From: Abditibacteriaceae bacterium
Lineage (GTDB): Bacteria; Armatimonadota; Abditibacteriia; Abditibacteriales; Abditibacteriaceae
Assembly (NCBI GenBank): GCA_031425655.1
Contig: JANPJS010000106.1
Location: 1 to 27,469 of the forward strand
Reading direction: 5' to 3'
DNA length: 27,469 bases
Made by a program: the position numbers and the translations under genes. How positions within the stretch are numbered: position 1 is the stretch's first letter; each line of letters begins with the position of its first letter. The notes beneath the pieces were generated by a model. It had not been told where the DNA came from, did not search any database, and saw nothing but the letters and a program-made list of their open reading frames with translations. Below, piece by piece: positions 26,016-27,469 of this stretch.

Positions 26016-26549
26016 TTACGGAGTAGCGCCACCGGCGTCGTCTTCCTCATCGCCGGTTTCTGCGCTGAGAGGCGCGCCGATGGGCGCTCCGGCCAAAGGC
26101 TGCGACGAAACGTAAGCCTTGTGGCGCTGCGTGGACATTTTAATGAACATCTCCGCTTCGGGCGGCAACGCTCGCGCCGTGTCAATGGATTGCTGTGGCG
26201 CGAACCACTGGCCGGCCAAAGCGACGATTCCCGCAATAACCGCAACACGCAAGGCCATCGCCGTGCGCGAAGTTTGCGGCCAGAGCATCGCGCCCAACTG
26301 CGTCGTCCACGAGCGGCGCGGCGCCTTGTCAGGCAAATTGTCGCGCACTTTCATCCAGAAATCGTCGCTGGCGCGCACCGGTTCCAATTCGTCTAAGGCG
26401 TGCAAAGCGTCCATAGCGGCGCGCATTTGCATCACCAGAGCGCGATCTTCGGCGTGTTGCGCCAGATGCGCCTCGACTTGCGCGCGGTGCGCCGTATCGA
26501 GCGAGCCGTCTAAATACGCCATAACTTCATTGCTGTCTAAATTTTTCAT
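26016..26549 (-). CDS. Membrane-anchored anti-sigma factor (zf-HC2/RseA-like)
   Basis: AYLDGSLD...VEAHL N-terminal anti-sigma pattern, one hydrophobic segment (ALRVAVIAGIVALAG), GAGGTG upstream of ATG 26549, directly downstream of the ECF sigma gene. Confidence 0.8.
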   Translation of the reverse strand: MKNLDSNEVMAYLDGSLDTAHRAQVEAHLAQHAEDRALVMQMRAAMDALHALDELEPVRASDDFWMKVRDNLPDKAPRRSWTTQLGAMLWPQTSRTAMALRVAVIAGIVALAGQWFAPQQSIDTARALPPEAEMFIKMSTQRHKAYVSSQPLAGAPIGAPLSAETGDEEDDAGGATP

Positions 26550-26565
26550 TATCGTCACCTCGTCT

Positions 26566-27195
26566 TTATTTCACGCCGCGAATATAAGGCCGCAGACGGC
26601 GGGCTAAATCAGCGCGGGCGTGAAACAAGCGGCTTTTCACGGTTCCCAGCGGCACATTTAGCACTTGAGCGATGTTTTCGTAGCTCATGCCCTGAATGTC
26701 GCACATTACGATCACCGCGCGCAGTTTTTCGGGCATTTCGGCCACGTTTTCGCGCACTCTTTGGCGCACTTCTTCGCGTTCGACGCTAATCGAAGGCTCG
26801 AAAGTTGAGTCGGCGATTTCGCGCCCGCCTTTGTCTTCTTCGGGATCAAGAGGATCGTCCAGAGAATACGCCGGCTTCGGACTACGCTTGATTTTACGCA
26901 CGCGATCAATGCAAAGATTGGTCGCAATGCGATAAAGCCACGTTGAAAACGAACTCTCGCCGCGAAACGAGGCCAGCGAGCGATAAGCCTTGATAAACGT
27001 TTCCTGCGCCACGTCTTCGGCTTCGACCGGATCGTTCAGCATCCGCGCCGAATAGCCGATGATCTTGTTTTGATAGCGCGTCACCAACTGCTCGAACGCC
27101 GCCAGATCGTTGTCGAGCGCACGCTCAACTAAAGCGGCATCGCTGTTATGTTCTTCGCTGTTGGGCCACACCTTCGAATATGTCATTGCAACCAT
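26566..27195 (-). CDS. ECF sigma-70 family RNA polymerase sigma factor (RpoE/SigW-like)
   Basis: AFEQLVTRYQ, AEDVAQETFIKAY, FSTWLYRIATN, GMSYENIAQVLNVPLGTVKSRLFHAR; GAGGTG 7 nt upstream of the ATG. Confidence 0.93.
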   Translation of the reverse strand: MVAMTYSKVWPNSEEHNSDAALVERALDNDLAAFEQLVTRYQNKIIGYSARMLNDPVEAEDVAQETFIKAYRSLASFRGESSFSTWLYRIATNLCIDRVRKIKRSPKPAYSLDDPLDPEEDKGGREIADSTFEPSISVEREEVRQRVRENVAEMPEKLRAVIVMCDIQGMSYENIAQVLNVPLGTVKSRLFHARADLARRLRPYIRGVK

Positions 27196-27251
27196 TGCGC
27201 AGCACCTCGTTCGGCATTTTCCGCGAAAACTTCGTCTTTCGCGGAGTTGGG

Positions 27252-27276
27252 GACGGCTTCCCTGCCGAATTGTTCA
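27252..27276 (-). promoter_or_regulatory. Candidate autoregulatory ECF promoter
   Basis: Minus strand TGAAC-N16-CGTC matches the common ECF -35 AAC / -10 CGT pattern, ~57 nt upstream of the sigma factor start. Confidence 0.45.
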
Positions 27277-27376
27277 ACTGCGTTCTTAAATTAATTCGTG
27301 CGCAGAGTTTAGCAAGCCGCCGCTGCAAAGGCAGGCGAAGCGTCGTCGGGGGTTAACAGGGCAATCGTATTAGAAC

Positions 27377-27469
27377 TTGCCCGGCGAATAAATTCGCGGC
27401 AACAACACGGCAAAGTCGCCCTACGGCGACTAAAAGCGCTGAAAAGAGTCCACGAAGGTGGACTTTGCC
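27377..27469. repeat. REP-like multi-hairpin element, probably truncated by the window end
   Basis: Hairpins TTGCCCGGCGAATAAATTCGCGGCAA, AGTCGCC-CTAC-GGCGACT and AGTCCAC-GAAG-GTGGACT; outer inverted repeat GGCAAAGTC (27409-27417)/GACTTTGCC (27461-27469). Confidence 0.6.

Noticed and set aside
25949..26248. N-terminal extension of the 409-aa ORF
   Set aside because: It overlaps the anti-sigma gene on the same strand, and the signal peptide begins near 25948.

Overview
A GC-rich bacterial window; the host cannot be assigned from the sequence alone. In order it contains: the 3' end of a bshB1-like deacetylase and a bshA-like glycosyltransferase (bacillithiol-type pair); a 1.4-kb insertion hotspot (133-bp MITE, decayed IS630, second MITE with ~20-bp direct repeats); two divergent blocks of large secreted proteins (two paralogous FlgD-Ig/NHL-propeller/CBM9-like giants, an NHL propeller, an SGNH hydrolase); a PhyH-family dioxygenase; a Planctomycetes/Verrucomicrobia-type operon (DUF1501, PPC-domain protein, DUF1549/DUF1553, cytochrome c-WD40, Tat amidohydrolase); and an ECF sigma/anti-sigma/MucB-RseB cluster. 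The most striking signal is in the DUF1501 operon. It is interrupted by a two-domain GxxExxY (PD-(D/E)XK-like) gene, and all five gene junctions carry a palindromic element built from TGGCAAAAAAT units at 15-bp period, starting 1-6 nt after the stop codon. Three elements enclose unique ~60-bp AT-rich loops and two enclose 7-8-nt loops. In two copies the arms are perfectly complementary over 29-35 bp, yet differ between copies. One copy appears to encode the signal peptide of the downstream protein. This is a candidate nuclease-plus-repeat intervening or mobile system; that interpretation is inference.
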